A DNA stretch of 64,000 nucleotides from a virus (IMGVR_UViG_3300020462_000004:3393-67392), one strand, 5' to 3'. Shown: positions 9,001 through 19,676, numbered from the stretch's first letter. Translations and numbers: made by a program. The notes: generated from the letters alone by a model not told the origin.

Positions 9001-12000
9001 ATATTTTATGTTCCGAAGTTTCTCTAAAGCTTCATCGTAGCTTTTATTTTTGTAGATAATGTCTCCATATAAAATTCTGAAGACCTCTTCAATAAATTGT
9101 TTTTCCATTGTTTTGGTTAAAGTAAAGTGAATAATAGAAAGGGATTTGAAAAATTCCAAACCCCCTGGAATGACTAGCCTTTGAAGACTACGCTGTAATC
9201 AGTCTTGATTAGTTCAGCTTTGTTTTCTCTAACAGCCTTTTCTTCTGATGCTTTTAGATCAGCTTGTAGGTTTTTAATCCTTGTACGCTTCTCTGCTAAC
9301 CTGTCAGAATATTTATAAGTGTTTCTTAGTTGTAGAAAAACTCTCATAGTCTTATCAGTATTGTGAGTGATCATAGGTCTGTCTTCAGAATCATCTAAGG
9401 CAGCTTTTAAATCATCCATGAAACTATCTTTAATAGTTTCTATCTTTGTCTTAGTGTCTTTCATCATTGCAACTAAATTAGATAGTTCTTCTAATCTGTC
9501 ATTGATTGAGACTTCTGGATCGGAGATAACTGATCTCTTAGTAGTACCAGCTACGAATCTTCTTTGTGGTTTGTTGAAGATTTTTTGGGTTACTGTTTCG
9601 TTGTCAGTTATTTTGCGATTGCTTGTGGTCATTGTGATAATGAATAGGTGTGCAATTGATGAGTTTAAGGACATCTCAGGTCGCATGGTTAAAAGTGTAC
9701 CCCATACTGTAGTACTTGTCTATATTTTTATTCCTCTTAGTTTTAAATATTGAAGAAGACTTTCTGCTTCTGAAGCTAATTTTTTATCCTTACAATTTTT
9801 CTGTTTAATTAATTCATAGATAACTGTTTTATCCGTTTTAGCTTTCTCTAATAAATGTGGATAGCATTCATCTATTAATTGGTAGATAAGAGATATCGAC
9901 TCTTCAACGTGACCTTGTTCGTTAAAGGTAAATGCAAGACTAGCTATGGTTTTTAATTTTTCAGAATTAATTTTTTTCATGGCAAATTAAAGGATTTTGT
10001 AAGGATGGATTGTATTCAAGAGTTTTTTCATCGGCCTTGTAGAGCCTTATAGACCCCTGTTTTTTTAGGATTTTTCAAAATTTTCTGAAATTCCAGGCGG
10101 AGACTGGTTTTGTTCCCAATCTTCCTTGTTAATGATGAGAAAGACTTGAATTAGATAACCAAACTCTCCATCATCCATTTTGACTTGTGATACTGGTTTA
10201 TCAATAAACACACCTTCGATAGGGCATTTGCTAATCCAATCATCGAATAGAACTTTTTGTGAATAATTCATAGTTAATCGTAAACTTTGATCTCAAGTTC
10301 AGCATCATCAGATGTGTTGATACCTTCTTTCTCTAATGCTTCCCATATTTGAGTGATGATAGGAAATAAAACTTTGTCAGGTAATACCTCACAGATATTA
10401 ATTTCATTTTCAGTAATTAATTCTCCGTTTTTTAAATAGATTGTGTTTGACATGATTAACCCTCCATACCATTAGCAAAGTAACCTTCAAATTCACACCA
10501 ATAGGTCTTTCTCTTTTCTCCTGTGTAATAGAACTCACAGCCACCCCCTGTATAAAAGATGACCGCAGCTTCTATTACATCACGATTTTTTTCAATGAAA
10601 GTTTTAGTGAGTTTTACTCTGTTTCCATATTTCCAATGTTCTTTGTTAACAACGACATTAAAAGCTATTGTAAGTTCCTTGTTGGTGTAACCCCTATAGA
10701 TTTTTTTAACGTCATCAAGATCAGCAAGCTCATCTTTCTGTCTTGCTTTCTCTTCAACTTGTGTGTTTAGTGAAATCATTTTAATAGTGAAATAAGTTTA
10801 ATAATTAGAAATTTGTAAAAGTAGATCAACACAATCAGAGGGTGTACCTCCTTGATTAATTGACTCTTCGATAGTGTCATTAAATCTATTGTTGTTGATA
10901 CTATTTATAGTCCTCCTTATATGAGGTTGAACTGTATCTGGAGAAAGTTTAAGTAACTCTCTCATGTCTTTTATGACATCCTTTTTAAAATCAATAAATT
11001 CGTTGTTCATTTGGAATCACCTCCGTTGAGATAAGTTTTAAATAAATTTATTATCTCTTCTAAATGATCATCATCATATGCTTTCTCCCAATAATTTTTC
11101 TCAAGTTCTCTGATGATTATCAGTATTTGATCTTTATCTAGTTCCATTTGAGTACTCCATTTGTAAATAAGTTTCTAATAATTTTTCATTTATCAAAGAA
11201 TTTTTATTCAAATCTTGTTCAAGGATATTTTTAATGTTTTCATCCCAAACAACTTCTCCAACATGAACTCCCATAGAGTCACATATCTTTTTGTATGTTT
11301 CAAATTTCATGATTAACACCTCATTACTGGTATGGTTGATAGCTCTTCATTATTTATGACATAAATAGATCCAGATTCATTACCTTCGTCATCAGATTGT
11401 GGACATAAGACTGTTCCATCATCCAGTATTAAAAGAATTGGTTGATAGTACCAATAGGATTCTTTGGATTCTTCTGGAGTCATGTATCGTACTTCTACGA
11501 TCTTTCTTCCTACAAGTTGCTTTGCAATTTTGTCTTCCCATGTTTGGGTTGTTGATTTTGTTTTAGGCATTGATTAGCTCCTGAGATAATTTTTTTTGAA
11601 TTGAATTAAAGTGATTTCTATCTGTACTATCCATATTTCTTACGTCACAGTAGTACCATGCATCACGCATAAGTAACCTAAGAAATACTTGTTCTTCTTT
11701 AGTTAGATTCATTCTTCTTCTTCCTTATCCATCTGTAATAGATCAGCGATCTCATTCATAACAGATTCAGTTGATGAATCCCACCTATCTCTACCCCACC
11801 AAAGGTCTTGAAATAAAGCAATTAATCTTTTACCTTCTGTATCAACTTTAAAAATACCTTCTTCTTTTGTTGAAACTATTTTCATTTATATATCCTCCCC
11901 TCCATTGGTTTGTTCCCATAGCTTGATGTAGTTACCTAACCAGTTTTGTTGATACTGAGTTAGTGAATCAATTTCTGCATACATATGACCATACAATAGG

Positions 12001-12152
12001 TCATCTGCTGATAGATAGTCACTACCATCTTCATTCCAAGGTAGGTCGTGTTTAGTGCAGAAATCATTGTAGATTTCCTTGAGAAATTCGTGCATGATTT
12101 TGAATAATAAAGTGTGCAATTTAAAATTCCACCAAAAACCAGGCTGGCACAA
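6070..12152 (-). other. Dense array of small co-oriented hypothetical ORFs (early/host-takeover type)
   Basis: More than 20 short, tightly packed minus-strand ORFs (e.g. 6070-6339, 6611-6841, 7252-7614, 7789-8088, 8453-8767, 9174-9686, 9720-9980, 10456-10779, 11313-11570), many with stop/start overlaps. Confidence 0.8.
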
Positions 12153-12227
12153 GGGTATGCCACAAACCTAAAGGTTGAAAGGAATTATTTGTTTGATCAG
12201 TTTAAAGACTTGATCAGGTCATATTGT

Positions 12228-12809
12228 CTACCCCCATTGATCTGCCATAGCATCTGCAATGCCTTGATAAGTTTTGCTTCTTAACTTCCATCTATCTTTT
12301 GATGGTGGTAAGTAATGAAGTCTCTGTACATCCTTCTTGGGTAACCCTGAGACATCAATTATATTTGTTGGAGTTAAGTTAGGTAATCCTTTTAACCATA
12401 AGCCAGTCTTCTTCTGTTCTGGATGATTGAACATAAAGGGTTGTACATATTGACTGGGCTTACCCATTCTTGATCTAGTTGATAATGCTCCTACGGGATT
12501 CTCGATACATATAAGAGGGCAATCAGCATCCCATATAGAAAGTACGAAATCAATAGCAGCTTGTTGCTTACCATTAGCTTGAAGTTTTTTCCAGTTCTTA
12601 CTATTGCTTACAGTAAGGAAAGTACAGGGAGGATGCCCTATTATCAAATCCCATTTTTGACTAGCAATAGCTTCAAGGCAATCTCCTTGAATGTGTTTAT
12701 CACTTGGTATATCTGTAGGTAATAGATCACATGACCATGCGTCATGACCTTTCTTTGCGAAAGCTTCTCTTACTGTTCCGCTGTATTCACAGGCAACTAA
12801 TACTCTCAT
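12228..12809 (-). CDS. Phage-type DNA (cytosine-5) methyltransferase
   Basis: MRVLVACEYSG start, catalytic HPPC, IENP motif; likely start 12809 rather than 12851. Confidence 0.8.
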   Translation of the reverse strand: MRVLVACEYSGTVREAFAKKGHDAWSCDLLPTDIPSDKHIQGDCLEAIASQKWDLIIGHPPCTFLTVSNSKNWKKLQANGKQQAAIDFVLSIWDADCPLICIENPVGALSTRSRMGKPSQYVQPFMFNHPEQKKTGLWLKGLPNLTPTNIIDVSGLPKKDVQRLHYLPPSKDRWKLRSKTYQGIADAMADQWG

Positions 12810-12933
12810 TATGCACCCTCCGTAAATCTGTGTGTTGCTATATCTTCCCATTCTTTTGTGGAAAGATTAGGAAAGTCTTCTTGAACTTCTTCATAAATAG
12901 TTTCAAGAATTTCTTCGTTAATTAGATCTTCCA

Positions 12934-13137
12934 TTAGTTTCCCTCCTCCTCAATGATGTAGTCCATAGCTTTATGTGACTTGTAAAGCATTCCTAACTCC
13001 CATACTGTTTCTTGATATTCAGTAAAGTGTCTTTCAAAATTTTCATCAATTTTATCTAAGTATGCTTGCTTAGATAGAACTTCTCTTTGCTTTTCTGCTA
13101 AGAGAGTGTTGATGTACTGGGCTAGTTCTTTGTTCAT
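12934..13137 (-). CDS. Hypothetical protein
   Basis: ORF track. Confidence 0.6.
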   Translation of the reverse strand: MNKELAQYINTLLAEKQREVLSKQAYLDKIDENFERHFTEYQETVWELGMLYKSHKAMDYIIEEEGN

Positions 13138-13276
13138 TAGTTTTTCTCCTGTAATTTTTTGTCAAAGATTTCAATAAATTGACCTAAAGTAATTTGGTCG
13201 TTATCCCATTTACTCACAACTTTGTAGCCAACAATTTTAACTATTTGAGTGTAAGTATATTTTTTATATCTAGTCA

Positions 13277-13624
13277 TTATTTTTTCTCCATTTTATAAAC
13301 TGTTCCCATTTCATCATCTTCTTCATCTACTGACCAACAGAGACAGTATGAGCCGAAGCTATATAGTGAACCATGCATTGACACACTTAAAGATGTTTTA
13401 GCTGTCTCAAGGTCACGAAACTCTTCTAGATATTCAATATCTTCTTCAGTATTAAATTCTTCATTAAAATAGTATTCAATAATCTTATCGAAAATCTCCC
13501 TAGTAAATAAAGGGGTATGCCATCCATTCCATCTTTGGGAGGGGTCATAGTAACCTTCAAAACTTGGGGCATATTCGTCCCCATTTCTAGAAGGGCATGG
13601 CAGAGAAAATGTTGCCTTTTCCAT
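13277..13624 (-). CDS. Conserved phage hypothetical protein (RWNGWxxPxF motif)
   Basis: FEGYY...RWNGWHTPLF; GAGG RBS upstream; first gene after a promoter. Confidence 0.65.
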   Translation of the reverse strand: MEKATFSLPCPSRNGDEYAPSFEGYYDPSQRWNGWHTPLFTREIFDKIIEYYFNEEFNTEEDIEYLEEFRDLETAKTSLSVSMHGSLYSFGSYCLCWSVDEEDDEMGTVYKMEKK

Positions 13625-13682
13625 TGTGTGTGTTCCTCAAATAAATAGGTTTGAAATAAAGGTTGGTGTCCTTTTGATAATT

Positions 13683-13711
13683 AATGTACCACACTTTGTG
13701 GTAACTGTCCA
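13683..13711 (-). promoter_or_regulatory. Sigma70-type early promoter with a palindromic spacer
   Basis: Minus strand TGGACA-N17-TACATT with extended -10 TG; palindrome TACCAC-N5-GTGGTA at 13687-13703. Confidence 0.65.
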
Positions 13712-14007
13712 TGACTAGGGTTTTTAAAAAAATTTCGCCCCAGCCAGGTTTTTGCAGGCAGGGGTATCCCTCAGAATAATTTGTAAATTTCTGATTTGAA
13801 AATTTTATTTTGGGAGGTAAGGTTTAGCTTTTCCTATTCCTATGAACCATGCCCAGATTTAAATCATGAATCGGAGTTTGACCCCTTTGTTTAATTCGAC
13901 AATGCACTATGTCAAACTTTTTAAAATCTGCATAGGCTTCAAGAGTTTTATAAACATCTTGGAGATCAGATAGACCTCCTGATATTTTGAACCTTATGGA
14001 GTCGTTG

Positions 14008-14451
14008 TTATTCATAGTCGTAATCCTCGTCATAATCGGTTGATAAAGCCATGCACCCATAGCCATTGTGGAAAGCTTCAATAATGTCTAATTGTTCTTG
14101 ATTTAAGGACGTATCTACCTCTAAAACTTCATCTCTAATCTTTTCTAACTCCTCTAATGTTTCATGATTTTCATAGAGGGCAGCTTCCCAATTAATTAGA
14201 TAGGCATCCCCATCTATTTTGTATTCCAACTCAACAAACAATGTTGGGAGGTCAGCAGAATAAACCTTAGTCTCACCAATTTGATAAGACCAATGTTTTG
14301 CTGTTTTAGATTTTAAATTTTTAACGTGTTCTTTTGGAGTACCATCCTTTTTAAATAGATGATCACTCTCCCAAGAATCTTGTTTAACGGTTTTTAAATA
14401 GGCATGAGAGCTTATTAAAAAGCACTCCCCATAATCGGTTGCAGTAGTCAT
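14008..14451 (-). CDS. Hypothetical protein
   Basis: ORF track. Confidence 0.65.
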   Translation of the reverse strand: MTTATDYGECFLISSHAYLKTVKQDSWESDHLFKKDGTPKEHVKNLKSKTAKHWSYQIGETKVYSADLPTLFVELEYKIDGDAYLINWEAALYENHETLEELEKIRDEVLEVDTSLNQEQLDIIEAFHNGYGCMALSTDYDEDYDYE

Positions 14452-14490
14452 AATAAGAGACTAAATAAAGTGTACAAAGAAAGGGTTAAA

Positions 14491-14530
14491 CCTTTCATAT
14501 AACCAACACTAAGGATGGCTATAAGCAAGG
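14491..14530 (-). promoter_or_regulatory. 40-nt intergenic stem-loop, copy 1
   Basis: CCTTGC-T-TATAGCCA-10 nt loop-TGGTTATA-T-GAAAGG on the minus strand. Confidence 0.6.
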
Positions 14531-14535
14531 ATTAA

Positions 14536-14742
14536 TTAATTTTCTGGTGTATAGTATCCTTCAAAATTATTAAAGCCATAATCAGCAATTACTGAATCAA
14601 TAGCCTCTAATTGTTTTGAGGTTAAATTTTCGGATAGGTCAGCAAGAAAAATATAAATCCTATCAAGGTCGGCAGTCTGTACCATAGCAATTAATTTTTC
14701 ATTGACTCTAGACTCTAGTTTTTTGCGGTCGGATTTTTTCAT
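14536..14742 (-). CDS. Hypothetical protein
   Basis: ORF track. Confidence 0.6.
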   Translation of the reverse strand: MKKSDRKKLESRVNEKLIAMVQTADLDRIYIFLADLSENLTSKQLEAIDSVIADYGFNNFEGYYTPEN

Positions 14743-14772
14743 AATAAATAAAATAATTTTGAATTTTTAAAA

Positions 14773-15075
14773 TTAATCGTTTAAATATTCTTGATATTCT
14801 TTATCAAGTTTTTTGAGTGTATTAAATACCTCATCTTGATTATGAGGAATAAAAGGACTCTCAGAGAGCTTACAATCGTCCCAAGGTTCACAACTTAAAA
14901 CACCACTATTATATTGAGCATTTTTTGCCCAGTAGCAAGAAATATCATCATAGTAATCTGATTTATAAAATAACCAGTTACCTCTAACCCTTATCTGATT
15001 AGGTCGAACATCTTCGCCTATTCTCTCACCAAATGAGACAGCTAATTTTTTAATAGTGTGGGTAATTTTTTTCAT
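14773..15075 (-). CDS. Hypothetical protein
   Basis: ORF track. Confidence 0.65.
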   Translation of the reverse strand: MKKITHTIKKLAVSFGERIGEDVRPNQIRVRGNWLFYKSDYYDDISCYWAKNAQYNSGVLSCEPWDDCKLSESPFIPHNQDEVFNTLKKLDKEYQEYLND

Positions 15076-15115
15076 AATAAGAGAAAAATAAATTTGAATT
15101 TAAAAGGTTTATAAG

Positions 15116-15155
15116 CCTTTCAAGGATACAAATATATAAATGTATCCTAGTAAGG
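15116..15155 (-). promoter_or_regulatory. 40-nt intergenic stem-loop, copy 2
   Basis: CCTTAC-T-AGGATACA-10 nt loop-TGTATCCT-T-GAAAGG on the minus strand. Confidence 0.6.
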
Positions 15156-15168
15156 TTTAATAAGGTTT

Positions 15169-16032
15169 CTAAGCTATACAGAATTCTAATCTTTGCTCTT
15201 TAGTTTGATTTGGTGTTCTTTTGATTCTTAAACCAGCAATATAAGTTTTATCATTGTTATCTAGTGGGCGAAAATCTGTTTTATCAGCATCAAATATATA
15301 ATATTTTTTGCTATCTATTATTATAAATTCTGGAAAATCTTGAGATTTTTTAATATCAAAAGCCGCTGCATAATTTAGTTTTAATTCTGTAGCTTTAGCA
15401 AGTGTATTAAATTTACTACCATGAGATAAAGTTAAATGGTAATTTAATTTTCTACATTTTTCCCAGTCTCTATCGATTCTCTTTGTATAATCGTACGCAA
15501 TTAATTTAGTACTAATTGATTGATTTAATTTAGTATCTAATCCTTTTAAAATAGCTTCTAAGATACTTGTATATCTAATTGGTTCGATATATACACCGAA
15601 TTGTTTTAACAGATAATCAGAATCATTTGAAGTAATAGTTACAGGCACATTTTCCCATGAATAGTCACTAGTACCATTAAGTCTTAAACCTAAATTTTTA
15701 TAGTCTCTATTTTTGGAATAAAAACGAATTGTTTCTAATACTAAATTTCTAAGAAATAAATTAAAATCTTGCATAAATGCATTATTCCTTCTTTGCCTAC
15801 ATTTAATTTTATTATTCAAATAAGCTGGGTTACCAGCCATATTTAAACAAATTTTTCTACAAGTCCCAGCGGCTGGGCATGCTTTAACAGTAGGCAATAA
15901 ATACAAAACCAAAGTAGGTGCATTTGATACAGTTAAATTTTTCATTACTTTAGGACTAGTTAAAGTAAATGTATTTGTACTGTTTAGATTCCATTTTGTA
16001 CGGAATTCTTTTAAATCGTTTGATAATTTCAT
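15169..16032 (-). CDS. Gene product 88 (GP88)-like protein
   Basis: CPAAGTCRKICL cysteine cluster, RLNGTSD and YDYTK motifs typical of the GP88 family. Confidence 0.75.
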   Translation of the reverse strand: MKLSNDLKEFRTKWNLNSTNTFTLTSPKVMKNLTVSNAPTLVLYLLPTVKACPAAGTCRKICLNMAGNPAYLNNKIKCRQRRNNAFMQDFNLFLRNLVLETIRFYSKNRDYKNLGLRLNGTSDYSWENVPVTITSNDSDYLLKQFGVYIEPIRYTSILEAILKGLDTKLNQSISTKLIAYDYTKRIDRDWEKCRKLNYHLTLSHGSKFNTLAKATELKLNYAAAFDIKKSQDFPEFIIIDSKKYYIFDADKTDFRPLDNNDKTYIAGLRIKRTPNQTKEQRLEFCIA

Positions 16033-16306
16033 TTGAGTTACCTTTAATAAATAGGATTGAATAATAAAAAGATCAAACCCTAAAAAGGATTTGACCAGTT
16101 ATTCACTTGATTATCTGTAAGTATTCCATCTTTATTTAACATATCAACGTAAATTGACCAATCGTACCTTAAATCACATTTAGAGAAAGCTTTCTTATAT
16201 GCTCTCATATTTTTATAACTTTGTAGAATTTCTTCTTTATAGTTTAAATAAGTTTGTTTCTTAGTCTGTTTGATCATTTGAGTTACCTTTAATAAATAGG
16301 ATTGAA
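16029..16306 (-). repeat. Identical 33-nt translation leader, duplicated (16029-16061 and 16274-16306)
   Basis: TTCAATCCTATTTATTAAAGGTAACTCAAATGA on the minus strand, containing the start codon of each of two consecutive genes. Confidence 0.85.
16080..16277 (-). CDS. Conserved phage hypothetical protein, first gene of the leftward early unit
   Basis: WSIYVDMLNKDGILTDNQVNNWSNPF; directly downstream of a promoter. Confidence 0.65.
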   Translation of the reverse strand: MIKQTKKQTYLNYKEEILQSYKNMRAYKKAFSKCDLRYDWSIYVDMLNKDGILTDNQVNNWSNPF

Positions 16307-16333
16307 ATAAGAGTGATTAAACTCTATAGAAAT

Positions 16334-16362
16334 AGTATAAATGTTTGTATACATAATAGCAA
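16334..16362 (-). promoter_or_regulatory. Sigma70-type early promoter
   Basis: TTGCTA-N17-TATACT on the minus strand, at the head of the leftward small-ORF array. Confidence 0.7.
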
Positions 16363-16379
16363 GCAAAATTAATAAGTTT

Positions 16380-16880
16380 AGAAATTTTAAGTATTCCACA
16401 GTGTTTTCCACATGCGGATATTCAGGTCGTAAGGCCGAGATTGTTTACAATTTTTCGCAAAAAAGGGATAAAAAGAGGGTAAATTGTCAATATTTCGGGC
16501 AAAATCGTTACAAAACCAGGAAAAACTTTACATTTAGTTGTAAATCTGCTTATTTGTGGAGAAAAATATAACAATTAATGTTACAAACGAGATTTTAAAG
16601 TTACATTTACATAAATGTGTCTAAAATGTATCAGATTTCGCCTTATTTAGCAGTACTGTCTCTATGACAGTTCTACAATCTGTGATATTTCGCCAAAAAT
16701 CCTGTCAAATGCCTGTTACACACTGTAACAATGCCCCTATATATTCTTTTTTTTGTTACAATGCAACATTTTGTTAAGGCTTCGCCTGATACCCCCAATT
16801 TTTTTTACCCCAAATTGACCTTTTTTAAGGCGTTCTAGGGGGCGAATGTATAGAACTTAAAATTAGTTCTATAAATGCCA
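16380..16880. promoter_or_regulatory. Non-coding divergence region between early and late blocks, rich in repeated motifs
   Basis: Multiple (G/T)TTACA(A/T)(A/T), TTTTCCACA, TTCGCC and a TGTTACA-N3-TGTAACA palindrome. Confidence 0.6.
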
Positions 16881-16886
16881 TGATTT

Positions 16887-18422
16887 TTGATAATGCCTGT
16901 TTCGCCACGAGATTTTGAACTATATTCCCGGATGACTGGTGCTCCAATGCCTTCTGATGCTATGTCTCGCATGCAAATGGCTCCTGAAGTATTTGAATTT
17001 ACCAAAAATTTTGCAAGAAAACCAAATTTATTAGAAAAAACAGGGAATTTAGTAAAAAATATTGGAAAAACTGCTGTTATGGCTATAGGAGCACCGATGG
17101 TTGCTGAAAGTATGGCAGAACAAGCAAGAATGCAAGAACAATTACGGAATGAGCAAGCTAAAACAAATACTGAAATAGCAACAGTTACTGAATCTCCTGA
17201 GCAACAGGCAGATACACCTGCAATGGCAAAAATAAGACTAGGAATGGAAGCAGAAGCTCAAAAACAAGCAAATAGACTAGAAATAGAGAATATAAGGGAT
17301 GAAAGAGCAGCAAGAGCTGCAGGTGGAGTTGTAAAAACCGATTTAAATACACAACAACCAACAACTGCTGATGCTTATAAGCAAGATTATGTACCAAATC
17401 AGACTGCATCAAACATTATTGATCAAAAAATGGTACAGGGATCACAGATAGGAGATAAAACTCCTAATGTCGCAGAAGTTTTAAGTGAGTCTCAGGATAG
17501 TATGCCTATGTCTATGTTTAGACCTATACAAATACCTACTACAGGAGCTCTTCATGCAGCAACACCAGTAGTTGGAAGTGGGGTTTCTGATTCAGGTAAT
17601 GAAGTCAATATCATTAAAGGTGCAGAAGAAAAGGTACTTGGTTCTGGTGTCACATCAGATAAAGTTCAAAACTTTTTAAATAAAATGGGAGGTACGGATG
17701 AAGGATCAAAACTAGACGTAGCTTTACTTGCAGCAATGCAAGATAGAGATAAAAAAGAAAGATTTTATTTAGGAGAAAATTCAGGAGACCCAGCTTTAGA
17801 TAATTCACCATTATTAGATCATCCTGATATTGTTGGTGGCGAAGATGATATAAATCTTCCTAGTAGTACTAATACTGGATCAACTACAAATTTAGAAGAT
17901 CATTATAGAGAAATGAGAAGGTTAGATGCTCAAGCGAGAATTAAAGACCTGGCTCCTAGTGAAAAACAAGTAAGAATGAATAATCCTGCTTTTGATGATC
18001 CTAGTCATCATTCAAATGCTGGAAATAGAATAGACCCAAGTTTATTTAATAAAGTACCTGCAGGATATGAGGTTAATTATGGACATCCTGTTTTTAAAGA
18101 TGATGATATTATTGTCCCAACAACTACTCAAAAAGTAGAAGCATTTACCAATAAAATTATGCCTAATAAACCTAGCTCATTTGTAGAGTCAATGTCTTTA
18201 GATTCATCAGCAGATAAGGCTCCTACAGCTACTTTTAATATTAGTAAAAAAGAAGGAGGAACAAGCCCTTATAATGTTCAGCTAAGTAGTCCAATGGCTG
18301 TATCTTTAGGCATGATGGCTGAGGATGACTCTTTGAAAGAAGAATCTTTTGGAAAGTTATTTAATCTTGCTAAAAAATCTATAAAAGATGGATCAGGAAT
18401 GGCTTTTGGTATAGATCAATAA
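16887..18422 (+). CDS. Hypothetical protein, probable internal virion protein
   Basis: 511-aa low-complexity ORF at the head of the late block. Confidence 0.65.
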   Translation: MIMPVSPRDFELYSRMTGAPMPSDAMSRMQMAPEVFEFTKNFARKPNLLEKTGNLVKNIGKTAVMAIGAPMVAESMAEQARMQEQLRNEQAKTNTEIATVTESPEQQADTPAMAKIRLGMEAEAQKQANRLEIENIRDERAARAAGGVVKTDLNTQQPTTADAYKQDYVPNQTASNIIDQKMVQGSQIGDKTPNVAEVLSESQDSMPMSMFRPIQIPTTGALHAATPVVGSGVSDSGNEVNIIKGAEEKVLGSGVTSDKVQNFLNKMGGTDEGSKLDVALLAAMQDRDKKERFYLGENSGDPALDNSPLLDHPDIVGGEDDINLPSSTNTGSTTNLEDHYREMRRLDAQARIKDLAPSEKQVRMNNPAFDDPSHHSNAGNRIDPSLFNKVPAGYEVNYGHPVFKDDDIIVPTTTQKVEAFTNKIMPNKPSSFVESMSLDSSADKAPTATFNISKKEGGTSPYNVQLSSPMAVSLGMMAEDDSLKEESFGKLFNLAKKSIKDGSGMAFGIDQ

Positions 18423-18457
18423 ACCTTTGCTAAATTATAAGTATTAACAAAAAAATT

Positions 18458-18646
18458 ATGACTAAGTTTTTATTACCAATCGCAATTAACGTAATCAACA
18501 AAGCAGTTGATAAAATTCCTGAAGATCTAGATGATCTAATAAAGAAATTCGTAATTTCCGTTTTAAAAAAAGCATCCGCTAAAACTGGTAACAAAGTAGA
18601 TGATTTACTAGTTGCACAATTAGAGAAAGCATTATTTGAATCTTAA
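18458..18646 (+). CDS. Small conserved cyanophage helical protein
   Basis: KASAKTGNKVDDLLV motif. Confidence 0.6.
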   Translation: MTKFLLPIAINVINKAVDKIPEDLDDLIKKFVISVLKKASAKTGNKVDDLLVAQLEKALFES

Positions 18647-18648
18647 GT

Positions 18649-19128
18649 ATGGTCGTTTTTACTAACCTTAATAGAAGATTAGATTCACCGCAAGACAAGG
18701 CTTATGTGGAGAATAGAGCCATTGATCAAGGTATTGCTGGTCCGTCAAAAGTTACTCAGAATTTTAGAAAACCAAATCCTTTTTTAGGTAAGTTTGATGA
18801 GAATGTCAGAAGTGATCAGTTTTATCAAGAGTTTAAAGATGACTCAGCTGAAACTTCACGAGCAGATTATGATTTTAAGGCAAAATATGGTGGTAATACC
18901 TTTCAAGATTCTAATATTGCTGAAAGAGTTGATAATTGGATGTCTAAATATGACCCTTATTACGGACCTGATACAGCTGGAGGCAGAGGATTAGTTGAGT
19001 CTGATAGACTAATAACACAGGATAGTATGGCTCCAATGGGCTTAGTATCGCAGCCAGCAACAAGTGGAAATGGAGTGTCAGATTCAAATGTAGCTGGTAA
19101 ATTCCCAAGTAACTCAGTGGCAGTGTAA
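18649..19128 (+). CDS. Hypothetical protein
   Basis: ORF track. Confidence 0.65.
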   Translation: MVVFTNLNRRLDSPQDKAYVENRAIDQGIAGPSKVTQNFRKPNPFLGKFDENVRSDQFYQEFKDDSAETSRADYDFKAKYGGNTFQDSNIAERVDNWMSKYDPYYGPDTAGGRGLVESDRLITQDSMAPMGLVSQPATSGNGVSDSNVAGKFPSNSVAV

Positions 19129-19130
19129 TT

Positions 19131-19676
19131 ATGAACCAAGTAGCAAAAAGTTTTTTAAGAACCGCTGGAGGTCAACTTGGCGGATATTTAGATAAAGCTT
19201 TGAATATTGGTGGAAAGGTAGGACAAGATGCTGCAACAGCTGCTTTAAATTATGGAGTCCAAAGGTTTGCTCCAAAATTAGCAGGAAAAGTTGGGAAAGA
19301 AGTTCCAAGATTACTCAGGAATAATCCTAGTTCTGTAGTTCCGCAGGTAGGTAAATTAGCTGGTCAAGCAGCAGTGATAGGAACAGGTTTCGCAGCAGCT
19401 AATATGCTGGATCAACAATCTGAATATAGTCAACCCATGACCACTGGATTAGGAAATTCTGAAGTACAGTCTTTTTTACAGCAGCAGCAATTACAGAACC
19501 AGAAGTTTATGCATGACATGGCTTTGGTACAGGCAAGAGCTGAATCTAGAATCCCTGGTGCTCAATACCCCGGATCATTATATGGGGGCATGGGAGATAG
19601 AGCTTTTGAAAAGAGTATCCTAGATGAAGTTGGTGTCTTTGGTAGAGGCTTATATGGAACTGGACTTCGTGCATAG
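19131..19676 (+). CDS. Probable internal/ejection protein (Gly/Ala/Gln-rich)
   Basis: Composition and position in the late block. Confidence 0.55.
   Translation: MNQVAKSFLRTAGGQLGGYLDKALNIGGKVGQDAATAALNYGVQRFAPKLAGKVGKEVPRLLRNNPSSVVPQVGKLAGQAAVIGTGFAAANMLDQQSEYSQPMTTGLGNSEVQSFLQQQQLQNQKFMHDMALVQARAESRIPGAQYPGSLYGGMGDRAFEKSILDEVGVFGRGLYGTGLRA

Noticed and set aside
16341-16571. 76-aa plus-strand ORF in the divergence region
   Set aside because: Overlaps the early promoter and motif array, has no RBS and an unnatural composition; probably spurious.
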